From Minisyncoccota bacterium (GTDB taxonomy: Bacteria > Patescibacteriota > Minisyncoccia > Phycocordibacterales > SBAW01): a DNA stretch of 64,000 nucleotides. Below are positions 40,279-49,936 of the stretch, piece after piece. The position numbers were made by a program, and so were the translations under genes. The stretch spans positions 257,056 through 321,055 of the forward strand of contig DASZWN010000002.1 in assembly GCA_035546575.1 (NCBI GenBank). Reading direction: 5' to 3'. The notes below the pieces were generated by a model. It did no database searches and had not been told where the DNA came from. It saw nothing but the letters and a program-made list of their open reading frames with translations. Positions within the stretch are counted from its first letter, which is position 1. Each line of letters starts with the position of its first letter.

Positions 40279-40638
40279 TCATTTCTTTTTCTTGAAGGCG
40301 CGCGTACGCACCTGCGGCTTCTTGGGCCTAAGCTCCGGCGAACGCGGAAAGTCGAAGTGCTGGTCCATCGTCGCCCGAAAGGCCTCCCAGTGCTTCCGGG
40401 TGGTAAGGAACGTCCCCATCACGCTAACCTTGGGGGCTTTCTTGCGGCTATAAAACACAGCCGCAACCATATCTTTGCTGCGGTCGGTTTCGTCCTCGCC
40501 GCAATAGAGCGTCAGGTATGGTGGTCGCGCGACGGAGAGGTCGATGGTCCCAACCGGCGCACCCGACTGTCGCTTGAAGGTGCTTCGGACCTCATTCGCC
40601 GGCCGGACAGGTTCCGGACACACATGTCGCTTGCCCAT
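40279..40638 (-). CDS. Hypothetical protein
   Basis: SD GGGAG; terminator hairpin at about 40247-40274. Confidence 0.5.
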   Translation of the reverse strand: MGKRHVCPEPVRPANEVRSTFKRQSGAPVGTIDLSVARPPYLTLYCGEDETDRSKDMVAAVFYSRKKAPKVSVMGTFLTTRKHWEAFRATMDQHFDFPRSPELRPKKPQVRTRAFKKKK

Positions 40639-40786
40639 TTAAAAATCTCCCGTGTTGGTGTTCTCCTGCCCTGAGTTATATCAGCTTCTACTACTTTGCA
40701 CCATCAAATACACGAATTTGAAAAATCCATGTAAAGTGTTACCTTTGGCGGCAGTTCCTTACCAAAGAGACAGCGGGAGAAGCCTC

Positions 40787-41296
40787 ATGAAAGCTATATA
40801 TGTCGGGCAACAGCCGGCAAAACGGGACCTCAAGAAAGATAGCATCTTCCTTGCCGGTCCAAGCCCTCGCAAGGACAATATATTTTCCCCTACAGGTTCA
40901 AACCCTGGCGAGAATATCGGTGAGAATTGGCGCCTGGAGGCGCTAGACGTACTTGAGCAACAAAAGTTCAAAGGCATTGTCTATGTGCCGCTCCTTGAGG
41001 ACGGCTCATGGCATACCAACTTTGATATGCAGATGGACTGGGAACTGAAGTATCTCGACTACGCCGACGTGATCGCGTTCTGGGTTCCCCGCAACATGCA
41101 GACACTGCCGGGCCTCACGACCAATATTGAGTACGGCATGTATGTGGACTCCGGCAAGATCGTGTTGGGGTATCCATTCAATGCTCCTCATACGCGTTAC
41201 ATGGCGAGGCTTGCGCAGATGCGCAAGGTTCCAACAGCACAAACGCTCTTTCAGACTCTCTGCCTTGCTATCGACAAGCTCAAGTCCGAAGAGTAA
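40787..41296 (+). CDS. Nucleoside 2-deoxyribosyltransferase-like protein
   Basis: SIFLAGP, QMDWE..YLDYADVIAFWVPR and TTNIEYG. Confidence 0.8.
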   Translation: MKAIYVGQQPAKRDLKKDSIFLAGPSPRKDNIFSPTGSNPGENIGENWRLEALDVLEQQKFKGIVYVPLLEDGSWHTNFDMQMDWELKYLDYADVIAFWVPRNMQTLPGLTTNIEYGMYVDSGKIVLGYPFNAPHTRYMARLAQMRKVPTAQTLFQTLCLAIDKLKSEE

Positions 41297-41350
41297 GGCC
41301 ATGATCGTACAAAAACAGAAGCCGCCCAAAACTCGGGCGGCTTTGATTTT

Positions 41351-41689
41351 TTATATTTTCTTAAACTTGATCCCTACTACACCATATTTTGCTTCCTCAT
41401 CGGCGAAGTAGTACTCGCGCATTTCTTCCACCTTCTTTTCTAAATCGTCTACACCAAACTCTTGGAGCGGGCGCAGGGCAAACAGCTCGCGGAACGATGG
41501 CACATGTAAAAGTTCGGTTACTTCTACCTCTTCTTTCTCTATAAAATCCGGGCGCAGTAAAAAGGTAAGTTGATCGCCTACTTTGATTCTTTGGCGCTTC
41601 TCGTCATTGAGCCGAGACTCGATTATCTGACTCCCCGTCCGTATCCGTGAGAAAGGCTCAAGATGCATCCGCATTTCATGCATATTCAT
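41351..41689 (-). CDS. ASCH/PUA-like domain protein
   Basis: PFSRIRTGSQIIESRLNDEKR...GDQLTF...YGVVGI. Confidence 0.85.
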   Translation of the reverse strand: MNMHEMRMHLEPFSRIRTGSQIIESRLNDEKRQRIKVGDQLTFLLRPDFIEKEEVEVTELLHVPSFRELFALRPLQEFGVDDLEKKVEEMREYYFADEEAKYGVVGIKFKKI

Positions 41690-41697
41690 AACTTGTG

Positions 41698-42345
41698 CTA
41701 TATACCAACTTGCCCTACACCTCCCGCCTCTTTTCTACATCGTTCACAAAGAGAAGTTCGGCCAATAACTCCAGGAGAGAATATTTGCGGAAAATATATC
41801 CCGCCGTTACTTGCTCGGTCTGAATATAGCGCACCGCATTTAGAGCAGACTTTTGCATTTAGATTCCCCGGTGGAGACACAAAACTTGAAGTGACCGATC
41901 CTCCGAATCCTCCACTAAATACCGAGGAGTTGGCGCCCGAAACTGTTACAAAAGTTTTATCTTCAAGTCTTTCTATTGCTCTTTTTGCCTTTTCCTCAAA
42001 ATTTTTTAGTTCGGCTTGAGCGTGTTCGATGGTGCCCTTTTTCCCTTTAATCTGTTCGAGGAGATTTTTTCCTTCGTCTTCGATATATTTTATGACCTCT
42101 CTACCGTCATCTCTTAGTTTCTGAGCATCCTTCACCATTTGGTTCTTCTGCTTACCGAGTTGTCGATATGCAATAAAACCAAAAGCGAACACGATTCCCC
42201 ATAAAATTGTGATGACCGTAAACAATACGGCAATTGCCGCTAAAATAGTATTTATAGGAGTCCACTGCTGGGTAAGAACTTCGTTGGCTTTTTGTAAAGT
42301 TTCAATAGTCTGCTGAAGAACCAGGATTTGTTGTTCTAGGTTCAT
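41698..42345 (-). CDS. Membrane protein with coiled coil and C-terminal Zn-ribbon
   Basis: TM segment; CSKC...CERC; AT-rich. Confidence 0.6.
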   Translation of the reverse strand: MNLEQQILVLQQTIETLQKANEVLTQQWTPINTILAAIAVLFTVITILWGIVFAFGFIAYRQLGKQKNQMVKDAQKLRDDGREVIKYIEDEGKNLLEQIKGKKGTIEHAQAELKNFEEKAKRAIERLEDKTFVTVSGANSSVFSGGFGGSVTSSFVSPPGNLNAKVCSKCGALYSDRASNGGIYFPQIFSPGVIGRTSLCERCRKEAGGVGQVGI

Positions 42346-42347
42346 CT

Positions 42348-44846
42348 CTATAAGCAGACAAAGCTTGCTATTGCATCCCCGTCGCGGAGCTTCATTATGC
42401 GTACGCCTTGGGTTGAACGGCTGAGAGATGGGATTTCTACAAGGCCGGTGCGGATCACTTGGCCTTTTTTGGACATTACTACCATCTCGTCTTCGCCTAC
42501 GCCTTCTTCTTTAGACACTACTCTTGCGGCAACAAGCGGGCCTGTTTTTGGAGTCACCTTTACCGTCTTGATGCCCGAGCCGCCGCGGTTTTGTGTTTTA
42601 TATTCCGAGACCGGAGTTGTCTTGCCGTAGCCGTTGCGCGAGACAACAAGCACTTCGAGGTCCTTGCGGCCCTTGGGCACCACATCGGCGCCCACGATGG
42701 TGTCGCCGCCCGATAGCTTCATGCCGCGCACGCCGCCGGCACCGCGACCCATCGCGCGAATGTCGCTTTCTTTAAACCGGATCGACTGCCCTTTTGCCGA
42801 GGAGAGGAATATCTCGTCGCCCTTTTCCACAAGCAGTGCCGCAATGAGCTCGTCGCCCTTTTGGAGCTTGATAGCGATGAGGCCGCTGCGGCGCACATCG
42901 TGGAAACTTGCTGCATCTACCTTCTTAGCGACACCCTGCTTGGTGATCATATAGAGGAACTCCTGCCTACCGGCAGGCAGGTCTCCCCTCCCTTTTTCTA
43001 CTTTACGCATCGGCAAAACGCTGGAGACCTTCTCGGTGTCGGTGAGTGAGAGGAAGTTAACTATCGCCTTGCCCTTGGTCGAGCGTTTGCCCTCCGGGAT
43101 ATCATAGAACTTGAGCTGGTACGCCTTGCCCACATCGGTAAAGAAGAGCAGGTCGCTATGGGTCGAGGTCGTGAGGAATGTCGTTACAAAGTCTTCCTCT
43201 TTTGTGTCGAGGTCTATCACGCCGACACCCCCGCGCTTTTGGCGGCGGAACTCGTCGGGGTTCGTGCGCTTTACGTAGCCGCCTTGGGTGAGCACGAGCA
43301 CAGCCTCCTCGTCGGGTACGAGGTCTTCGAGGTTGATCACTCCTGCGGCGCCCTTCATCACCTTGGTGTTGCGGTCGTCGCCGTACTTCTCGACGATTGT
43401 CTGGATCTCGGTCTTGATAACCGTCATCATCTTTTTCTCCGATGCCAAGAGCGAGGTAAGCTCCTCTATGAGCGCCTGAACCTCTTTCAATTCGTCCTCG
43501 ATCTTTTTGCGCTCAAGGTTTGCGAGCTTTTGGAGGCGCATCTCAAGAATAGCGGTAGCCTGGAGCTCGCTAAACTTGAACTTTTTCATCAGGTTGGCGT
43601 GCGCGTCCTGTACATCTTTCGATGCACGGATTGTTTTGATGATCTCGTCGATGATATCGAGCGCCTTTTTGAGGCCGAGCAAAATGTGCTCACGCGCCTG
43701 CGCGCCCTTAAGGTCAAACTCGGTGCGGCGGCGCACCACCTCCTGGCGATGCTTGATAAACTCTTGGAGAATCCCTTTGAGGCTGAGCGTTTGCGGCACG
43801 CCGTCTACCAGCACCACCATGTTGAAATGGAAGGTGTCCTCAAGCGCGGTGTGCTTGTAAAGATAGTTGAGCACCTTCTGCGGGTGTGCACCTTGTTTAA
43901 GCTCCACCACGACGCGGATGTCTTTGGTGGACTCGTCGCGCAGGCCGCGGATACCCTCGAGCTTTTTGTCGCGCACCAGGTCGGCGATGCGCATGATCAT
44001 GTCGGCCTTGTTAACACGATACGGGATAGAGGTAATCACAATCTGGAAGTTCCCCTTTTTGTCCTCGACAATCTCGGCTACGCCGCGCACCACAACGCCG
44101 CCTTTGCCGGTGGTGTAGGCATGCAATAGATCTTTTTTATTAAATGCGACTGCGCCAACCGGGAAGTCCGGCCCCGTGATGTGCTGCATCAGGTCCTCAA
44201 CCGTTGCGTCTTTGTTTTCTATCAAATGTATGAGCGCGTTTGAGACTTCGGTGAGGTTATGCGGCGGGATCGAGGTTGCCATGCCCACCGCGATGCCGAG
44301 CGTGCCGTTGAGCAAAATGTTTGGCACTGCGGCCGGCAACACCTCGGGCTCCTTAAGGCTGCCGTCGTAGTTGGGGCGCCAGTCGATGGTCTCCTTTTCG
44401 ATATCGCCCAGCAATTGTTCCGCCATGCGCGACATTTTTGCCTCGGTGTAGCGCATTGCCGCGGCCGAGTCGCCGTCGATAGAGCCAAAGTTACCTTGGC
44501 CGAGCACCAGCGGATAGCGCATCGAAAACTCTTGCGCCATTTTTACCATCGCGTCGTACACGGAAGCGTCGCCATGCGGGTGATACTTGCCGAGCACATC
44601 GCCCACCACCAGTGCCGACTTGCGGAAGCGCGCCGAGGGTGTGAGCCCCAAGCGATGCATGGTGTAGAGGATGCGACGGTGCACCGGCTTGAGTCCGTCG
44701 CGCACGTCGGGGAGCGCGCGATCGGTAATCACGCTCATTGCGTAGTCGATAAAGCTCTCGCGCATCTCAGCCGAGATGTTGCGACCTACGATGCCGGTGC
44801 CGCCGTCTGGTCGCGGTTCTTTTTTAATTTCGTCTTGATCAGCCAT
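42348..44846 (-). CDS. gyrA: DNA gyrase subunit A (LPAGRQ insertion in the CTD)
   Basis: [29 protein letters not shown] and GyrA-box QKRGGVG. Confidence 0.98.
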   Translation of the reverse strand: MADQDEIKKEPRPDGGTGIVGRNISAEMRESFIDYAMSVITDRALPDVRDGLKPVHRRILYTMHRLGLTPSARFRKSALVVGDVLGKYHPHGDASVYDAMVKMAQEFSMRYPLVLGQGNFGSIDGDSAAAMRYTEAKMSRMAEQLLGDIEKETIDWRPNYDGSLKEPEVLPAAVPNILLNGTLGIAVGMATSIPPHNLTEVSNALIHLIENKDATVEDLMQHITGPDFPVGAVAFNKKDLLHAYTTGKGGVVVRGVAEIVEDKKGNFQIVITSIPYRVNKADMIMRIADLVRDKKLEGIRGLRDESTKDIRVVVELKQGAHPQKVLNYLYKHTALEDTFHFNMVVLVDGVPQTLSLKGILQEFIKHRQEVVRRRTEFDLKGAQAREHILLGLKKALDIIDEIIKTIRASKDVQDAHANLMKKFKFSELQATAILEMRLQKLANLERKKIEDELKEVQALIEELTSLLASEKKMMTVIKTEIQTIVEKYGDDRNTKVMKGAAGVINLEDLVPDEEAVLVLTQGGYVKRTNPDEFRRQKRGGVGVIDLDTKEEDFVTTFLTTSTHSDLLFFTDVGKAYQLKFYDIPEGKRSTKGKAIVNFLSLTDTEKVSSVLPMRKVEKGRGDLPAGRQEFLYMITKQGVAKKVDAASFHDVRRSGLIAIKLQKGDELIAALLVEKGDEIFLSSAKGQSIRFKESDIRAMGRGAGGVRGMKLSGGDTIVGADVVPKGRKDLEVLVVSRNGYGKTTPVSEYKTQNRGGSGIKTVKVTPKTGPLVAARVVSKEEGVGEDEMVVMSKKGQVIRTGLVEIPSLSRSTQGVRIMKLRDGDAIASFVCL
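42962..42981 (-). repeat. 20-bp palindrome family A, copy 4 (in gyrA)
   Basis: CCTGCCTACCGGCAGGCAGG on the + strand. Confidence 0.95.
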
Positions 44847-44855
44847 ACCGAAAAT

Positions 44856-45095
44856 TTAGTATCCAGGAATGAGCGTCTGGTTGCTCGAGCTTGCCGCCTG
44901 CACCGCCTGAAGCGTCGCGGCAGTATTTGCGGTGTTGGTTGGCTGCTGGGAGCCGCTGCCCGCCAAGCGCACACCAAGCGTCGAGATCCACACCACAAAC
45001 ATAACCGCAGTAACAGTGCCGGCCACGCGCAGCGCAATCTGCCGGCGCTCGTGCGTCGATTTTTCTGCCTTTAATTTTTCGATATACGCTTGCAT
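44856..45095 (-). CDS. Small membrane protein
   Basis: HERRQIAL followed by a TM. Confidence 0.7.
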   Translation of the reverse strand: MQAYIEKLKAEKSTHERRQIALRVAGTVTAVMFVVWISTLGVRLAGSGSQQPTNTANTAATLQAVQAASSSNQTLIPGY

Positions 45096-45101
45096 GATTT
45101 T

Positions 45102-45734
45102 TTAGACGGAGAGCACAATGATCTCGCCCTCTTTGCCGTCGAGATCTTTTTTCTTGACGGTGAGCTTGTCGACTGGCTGTACGTCCTCGGCACCAGCCTC
45201 TTTTAGAAACGCCTTGAGCGCATCTTTGCCGCCCATGTCGCCATAGTGCATCGGAACAATTGCCTTCGGCTCCAATTGTACCGCAAGCTTGTAGGCAGCC
45301 CCGTGGTCAAGCACGCCATCGCCACCTACCGGCAAGAAAAGAATATCGATATTGTCGAGCTCTTGCTTTGCTGCCTGCGGCAACTCCGGCTTGGAGAGCG
45401 CTCCCAAAAAACAGAGGTTCATACCCTCGAGGGCCACACTATATATAGTATTAATCGACGGTGAGCCGCCATACTCGCTCTCTGCACCAAAGCCGCGTAC
45501 CGCAACACCCTTTACCTCGTACTCGCCGGGGCCGGTGATTGCAAACGGCTCGCGGTCGCCAAAAGCGGCATTTTCGATGCCGTTAAAGTCCTCGTGATCG
45601 GTCGAGACGAGCGCGATGTCGGAGCCAAACTTAGACGTTTTGAGGCTGGAATCGCGAGAGGGAGGGTTGAAAGCGAGCGTCAAATCACCCTGCGAAATCT
45701 TAAAACATTCGCCCCCCATGTAGCTGATAACCAT
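45102..45734 (-). CDS. MBL-fold (beta-lactamase superfamily) protein
   Basis: ISYMGGECFKI, ITGPGEYEVKG, IDILFLPVGG and IVPMHY. Confidence 0.85.
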   Translation of the reverse strand: MVISYMGGECFKISQGDLTLAFNPPSRDSSLKTSKFGSDIALVSTDHEDFNGIENAAFGDREPFAITGPGEYEVKGVAVRGFGAESEYGGSPSINTIYSVALEGMNLCFLGALSKPELPQAAKQELDNIDILFLPVGGDGVLDHGAAYKLAVQLEPKAIVPMHYGDMGGKDALKAFLKEAGAEDVQPVDKLTVKKKDLDGKEGEIIVLSV

Positions 45735-45768
45735 ACACTAATTATAGCATATTTTAGGGCGTTTTGCA

Positions 45769-45788
45769 CCTGCCTACCGGCAGGCAGG
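45769..45788. repeat. 20-bp palindrome family A, copy 5 (intergenic)
   Basis: CCTGCCTACCGGCAGGCAGG followed by CGCC, a 24-bp match to the topA and miaA copies. Confidence 0.95.
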
Positions 45789-45955
45789 CGCCAAAAATTG
45801 AGTGAAAATGAACGCTACCGGTGTAGGGGATTTCTTTTGTTGAAAAAATTATGTGCGGCGATATAGTTGGTAGATGCCCTATAAAACTGACTTTGGTCAG
45901 AAAAGGGACGATACAAGTTCTCGACAACTAAAACTCGTTTAGGGAGACCTCTTAG

Positions 45956-46279
45956 ATGCGACGATTGCTACTCGGCCTTTTCGCCGACGATTCGCTTACC
46001 GAGCCCCCGCACTTTTGCTCTGTGGGGCCGTACGACCCAAAGGAACGCCACCCCGAGGAGCGGGCGGCGTTCAATGCAGTACATGGGGGCAAGAAGCTTC
46101 CGGTATTTTATCAGCCTGATGAGCGGCATGACGACCACGCGCCCAAGCAACAGCAACAGCAGGGCGAGATGGGCTCAACTGGCCAAGGAGACGCTGGTCT
46201 CGGGGATTTACCCGACGACTCGCGTTCATTTGACCGGCCGCGGCAGGTCATGGACGGCGGCTTCGTTCCCGATTTGTAG
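45956..46279 (+). CDS. Hypothetical protein
   Basis: SD AGGGAG; hairpin terminator downstream. Confidence 0.4.
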   Translation: MRRLLLGLFADDSLTEPPHFCSVGPYDPKERHPEERAAFNAVHGGKKLPVFYQPDERHDDHAPKQQQQQGEMGSTGQGDAGLGDLPDDSRSFDRPRQVMDGGFVPDL

Positions 46280-46406
46280 GGAATAGCTCGATTTCGGCCC
46301 CACCGGCGTTTTGCGTCGGTGGGGCTTCACTCTTTTTACATACCGCATGTGAAGCGCCAAAAAAGCCTTGTGTATAGGCTTATTTTTGTATATCTGCTTA
46401 TTTGAC

Positions 46407-46435
46407 TTGACAAGAATAGTGGGTTGGTATATACT
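46407..46435 (+). promoter_or_regulatory. Sigma70 consensus promoter
   Basis: TTGACA-N17-TATACT. Confidence 0.7.
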
Positions 46436-46508
46436 TGCTATTACCAATCGGCTCGAAAGTTATGCCGTTTGGGTGAACGTCCCTCGAAGAAACCAGAAGG
46501 AGATATCG

Positions 46509-46634
46509 ATGCGCAAGCATCTCATCAATTTTTCCCCAGGTCACGACTTCGGCCACTTGAAAAGCTGGATGTTCTCCACCACGTCGATCGCCGGCGTCGG
46601 CGCCGCCTCGGTACCGTCGTCCCAGGCAGCCTGA
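46509..46634 (+). CDS. 41-aa peptide
   Basis: SD AAGGAG; own promoter and terminator. Confidence 0.45.
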   Translation: MRKHLINFSPGHDFGHLKSWMFSTTSIAGVGAASVPSSQAA

Positions 46635-46886
46635 CCGGAAGCGGCTAGGCCTTCTAGCCATCGCTTGACCGCGAAAATTTGAAGGTATGTGCTAACCCCC
46701 GACCCCCCCAAAGCTAACGCTGCGGGGGGTCACTGCTTTTTTATATAGAGGTTCCAGGCCTGTTTACAACACTGATTGACCAATCTGTCCCCTTCATGTA
46801 GATTTTGCTGGTGCTCCAGTAACTAGTTTTGCTTTTCTGGAGACGACTTGTTTCTTCAACATCTAGAAAGAGGAGGAATACCGGGC

Positions 46887-47243
46887 ATGACCTTGAAAGG
46901 GTTCATGTTGGGAGCTGCCGCGGCTTTTGCCGTAGCTAGCTCTGCTTTCGCCGCGGATACCGCTCATCACGGGACTGGTCCCCCGGCAATCGTCGGGCAT
47001 GCCCTGAAGGATATCCTCGCAGCGGACATCTTCCCCGCGATCAACGTCGACCATGTCATCTCTCTGGCCATCAAGGAAACGAAGCTCGGCTCGATGTCGG
47101 TCGCCGAAGTCTTCCTGTCCCCGGTCGGTCACGCCCCGCCGCTCATCGTCGCGCTCGAAACTGACGATGGTCTCGGCATGTACCTCGAAGGCGACAACGG
47201 CCTCGACCTCAAGAAGGAGCTCGGCCTCACGGCCCTCTCCTGA
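46887..47243 (+). CDS. Secreted hypothetical protein
   Basis: SD GAGGAGG; signal peptide MTLKGFMLGAAAAFAVASSAFA. Confidence 0.6.
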   Translation: MTLKGFMLGAAAAFAVASSAFAADTAHHGTGPPAIVGHALKDILAADIFPAINVDHVISLAIKETKLGSMSVAEVFLSPVGHAPPLIVALETDDGLGMYLEGDNGLDLKKELGLTALS

Positions 47244-47456
47244 TGTAAAGCCCGCGCTCGGCTAAAAGAGCGCAAAAATCCCTCGGCACCATTTGAGCTT
47301 CCCTCTTACGGTGCCGAGGGTATTTCTTTTTATATAATTGCCTTTTAAAACGTTCTGAGGTATAGTCTTTGGTAATAAAGAGCAGGTCGCCCTTTATAAA
47401 AAACACAGCGCATAGGAGTAAATCCCGAACGGGACCCCTATCGTACAAAACAATAT

Positions 47457-48599
47457 ATGGCAAAAACAAAAGAAGCCGTCTTAGACCTGCCTACCGGACA
47501 GGCAGGCGCGGCCGATATCGCAACTACCGAAGCAGTCGCAACCCTCATGCAGGGTCTTTCTGAGCGTGCACCAGAGCCGCCTAAGGAGGGCGATATTGTC
47601 GAGGGTCCGGTCATTGCTCTTGACCGCGCAAAGCTCTACATCGACCTGCCTCCGTTTGGTACCGGCGTAATCTTTGGCCGCGAGTACCTCAACGCGCGAG
47701 AGGTTATCAAGCGCACCAATGTCGGCGACCGCATCGCTGCAAAGGTTATCTCGGTCGACAGTAAAGAGGGCTATATCGAACTTTCTCTCAAAGAGGCTCG
47801 CCAGGCTATTATTTGGGCCGAGGCAGAGTCTGCAGTTAAAGAAAAACGCTTGGTTGAGATCCTCGTTAAAGAGGCAAACAAGGGCGGTCTTATTTTGGAG
47901 TGGCAAGGTATCGCCGGCTTCCTCCCGGCATCTCAGCTCAAGGCTGAGCACTACCCGCGCGTACTCGACGGCGACAAAGACAAGATCCTCGACGAGCTGC
48001 GCAAGCTTGTTGGCACCAAGTTGATGGTCTCTATCATCTCGGCAACTCCTAAGGAGGGCAAACTTATCTTCAGCGAGAAGGGCGTCGACGACAAAGAAAA
48101 GAAGCAGCTCATCGCGTCGTACCAGGTTGGCGACATTGTCGAGGGCGAGATCACCGGCATGGTGGACTTTGGCGCCTTTGTAAAACTTGAGGAGGGTCTC
48201 GAGGGCTTGGTCCATATTTCCGAAATTGACTGGGGCTTAGTAGACGATCCTCGCCACTTCTTTAAGGTGGGCGACAAGGTAAAAGTGAAAATAATTGATA
48301 TTAAAGACGGCAAGATCTCCCTTTCTGCAAAACAGCTTAAGGAAAACCCTTGGCAGACTGCTATCACCAAGTACAACAAGGGCGACAAGGTTGAGGGCGT
48401 GGTTATCAAGTTTAACAAGCACGGCGCGCTCGCCTCGATTGAGGAAGGCATTGCAGGTTTGGTACACGTGAGCGAGTTCGGCAGCGAGGAAAAGCTCCGC
48501 TCAAGCCTCGAGCTCGGCAAGCGCTATCCATTTACCATTTCCCTCTTTGAGCCAAAAGAGATGCGCATGGCGCTCGCCTTTGCGGGAGATAAGAAGTAG
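47457..48599 (+). CDS. rpsA: 30S ribosomal protein S1 (four S1 domains)
   Basis: GFLPASQL, FGAFVKL..GLEGLVHISEI and GLVHVSE. Confidence 0.92.
   Translation: MAKTKEAVLDLPTGQAGAADIATTEAVATLMQGLSERAPEPPKEGDIVEGPVIALDRAKLYIDLPPFGTGVIFGREYLNAREVIKRTNVGDRIAAKVISVDSKEGYIELSLKEARQAIIWAEAESAVKEKRLVEILVKEANKGGLILEWQGIAGFLPASQLKAEHYPRVLDGDKDKILDELRKLVGTKLMVSIISATPKEGKLIFSEKGVDDKEKKQLIASYQVGDIVEGEITGMVDFGAFVKLEEGLEGLVHISEIDWGLVDDPRHFFKVGDKVKVKIIDIKDGKISLSAKQLKENPWQTAITKYNKGDKVEGVVIKFNKHGALASIEEGIAGLVHVSEFGSEEKLRSSLELGKRYPFTISLFEPKEMRMALAFAGDKK
47486..47506 (+). repeat. Family A copy 6, 21-bp variant (in rpsA)
   Basis: CCTGCCTACCGG-A-CAGGCAGG encoding LPTGQAG. Confidence 0.9.
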
Positions 48600-48631
48600 C
48601 CGAAAAATCTTTTCTCAAAAAGATTTTTCTG

Positions 48632-49204
48632 CTACTTTGAGTGTATCTGCATCATCGCGGCATCTACACCTTCTTTCAGGATTATTTCCAGCGCCTCGCT
48701 CACTACTTTTTTTGCTTTTTTGAGCTTTTCTTGCTCTGCGGGTTTAAATTTGCCGAGTACAAAGTCCACTATCTTCTCGGCATCAGGCCGCTTGAGCTTG
48801 CCCGAGGGAGTTGTAGGGCTGATCCCCACACGCACACGCACAAAGTCCTGCGTCTTGAGCGCTTTAATCACCGACTTAACGCCGTTATGGCCGCCTGCGC
48901 TGGAGCCAAACGAGATTTTGACTCTCCCCAGCGGCAAATCGAGCTCATCATGCACCACAATAAGCCTCTGCGCAGCGGCTTTAGAGGGCACCATCTTTTT
49001 TAAAGGGCCGCCAGAGTTGTTCATATATACATCGGGCGTTATAAGCGTGGCTTTAACGCCAAACAGGCTTCCCTGCCTACCGGCAGGCAGGCCTTTTTCG
49101 CCCTCTTTCTTCTCTATATCGCGCAAAAAGTCGCGACCGATGTTGTGGCGCGTGCCTACGTACTCTTCATCTGGATTTCCGAGGCCTGCTACTACCCATT
49201 GCAT
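48632..49204 (-). CDS. pth: Peptidyl-tRNA hydrolase (LPAGRQ insertion)
   Basis: GLGNP, TRHNIG, YMNNSG, VVHDELD and GGHNGVKS. Confidence 0.96.
   Translation of the reverse strand: MQWVVAGLGNPDEEYVGTRHNIGRDFLRDIEKKEGEKGLPAGRQGSLFGVKATLITPDVYMNNSGGPLKKMVPSKAAAQRLIVVHDELDLPLGRVKISFGSSAGGHNGVKSVIKALKTQDFVRVRVGISPTTPSGKLKRPDAEKIVDFVLGKFKPAEQEKLKKAKKVVSEALEIILKEGVDAAMMQIHSK
49072..49091 (-). repeat. 20-bp palindrome family A, copy 7 (in pth)
   Basis: CCTGCCTACCGGCAGGCAGG on the + strand. Confidence 0.95.
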
Positions 49205-49225
49205 GGCTCAAACTATAGCATATGG

Positions 49226-49338
49226 AGTCCGCAGCAAAAAAATGCACAAAAATAGTCTGGCCCGCAAGAATTCCGCGAAGACGGAATTGCGAGACGGGAG
49301 ACCCGAGGACTTTTTTAGGCGTTTTTTTGCTGCGGACT
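49226..49338. repeat. Multi-hairpin element family B, copy 2 (between pth and lepB)
   Basis: Same core as the dusB copy; outer IR AGTCCGCAGCAAAAAAA/TTTTTTTGCTGCGGACT. Confidence 0.85.
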
Positions 49339-49371
49339 TGCATACCTACTTGCGGGGAGTACAATAGTTCC

Positions 49372-49929
49372 ATGCCACAGGAGAATCGTGATAACTTTTT
49401 CACCGAACTCCTGAAATTTGCTCTCATTGCCATCATCATTGTCGTCCCGCTGCGCATTTTTGTAGCAAAACCGTTCATTGTATCGGGTGCCTCGATGGAG
49501 CCAACGTTCGACACCGGCCAATACTTGATTGTCGACGAGCTCTCCTATCGTCTTGAGGCACCGCAGCGCCTCGATGTCGTTATTTTTAAGTATCCGCGCG
49601 ATACCTCGCAATATTTCATCAAACGTATCATCGGGCTGCCTGGCGAAACCGTGATCATCTCCGGCGGGCAAGTATCTATCAAGACAGCAGACGGTAAAAC
49701 AGTAGCGCTCAGCGAGCCGTACATTAAAAACCTTGGTAACGGCGGCGACATGCAGGTAACTCTCAAGACAGATGAGTACTTTGTGATGGGTGACAATCGG
49801 CCAGAGAGCTCCGACTCGCGCATTTGGGGAGTGCTCCCGCGCGCAGACATTGTTGGCCGCGCATTTTTGCGACTGCTCCCCGTCTCGACCCTTGGCGTAT
49901 TCCCCGGCAGCGCAACCGCACAGCAGTAA
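49372..49929 (+). CDS. lepB: Signal peptidase I
   Basis: VSGASMEPTF, FIKRIIGLPGE and YFVMGDNRPESSDSR. Confidence 0.95.
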   Translation: MPQENRDNFFTELLKFALIAIIIVVPLRIFVAKPFIVSGASMEPTFDTGQYLIVDELSYRLEAPQRLDVVIFKYPRDTSQYFIKRIIGLPGETVIISGGQVSIKTADGKTVALSEPYIKNLGNGGDMQVTLKTDEYFVMGDNRPESSDSRIWGVLPRADIVGRAFLRLLPVSTLGVFPGSATAQQ

Positions 49930-49936
49930 TATCGCA

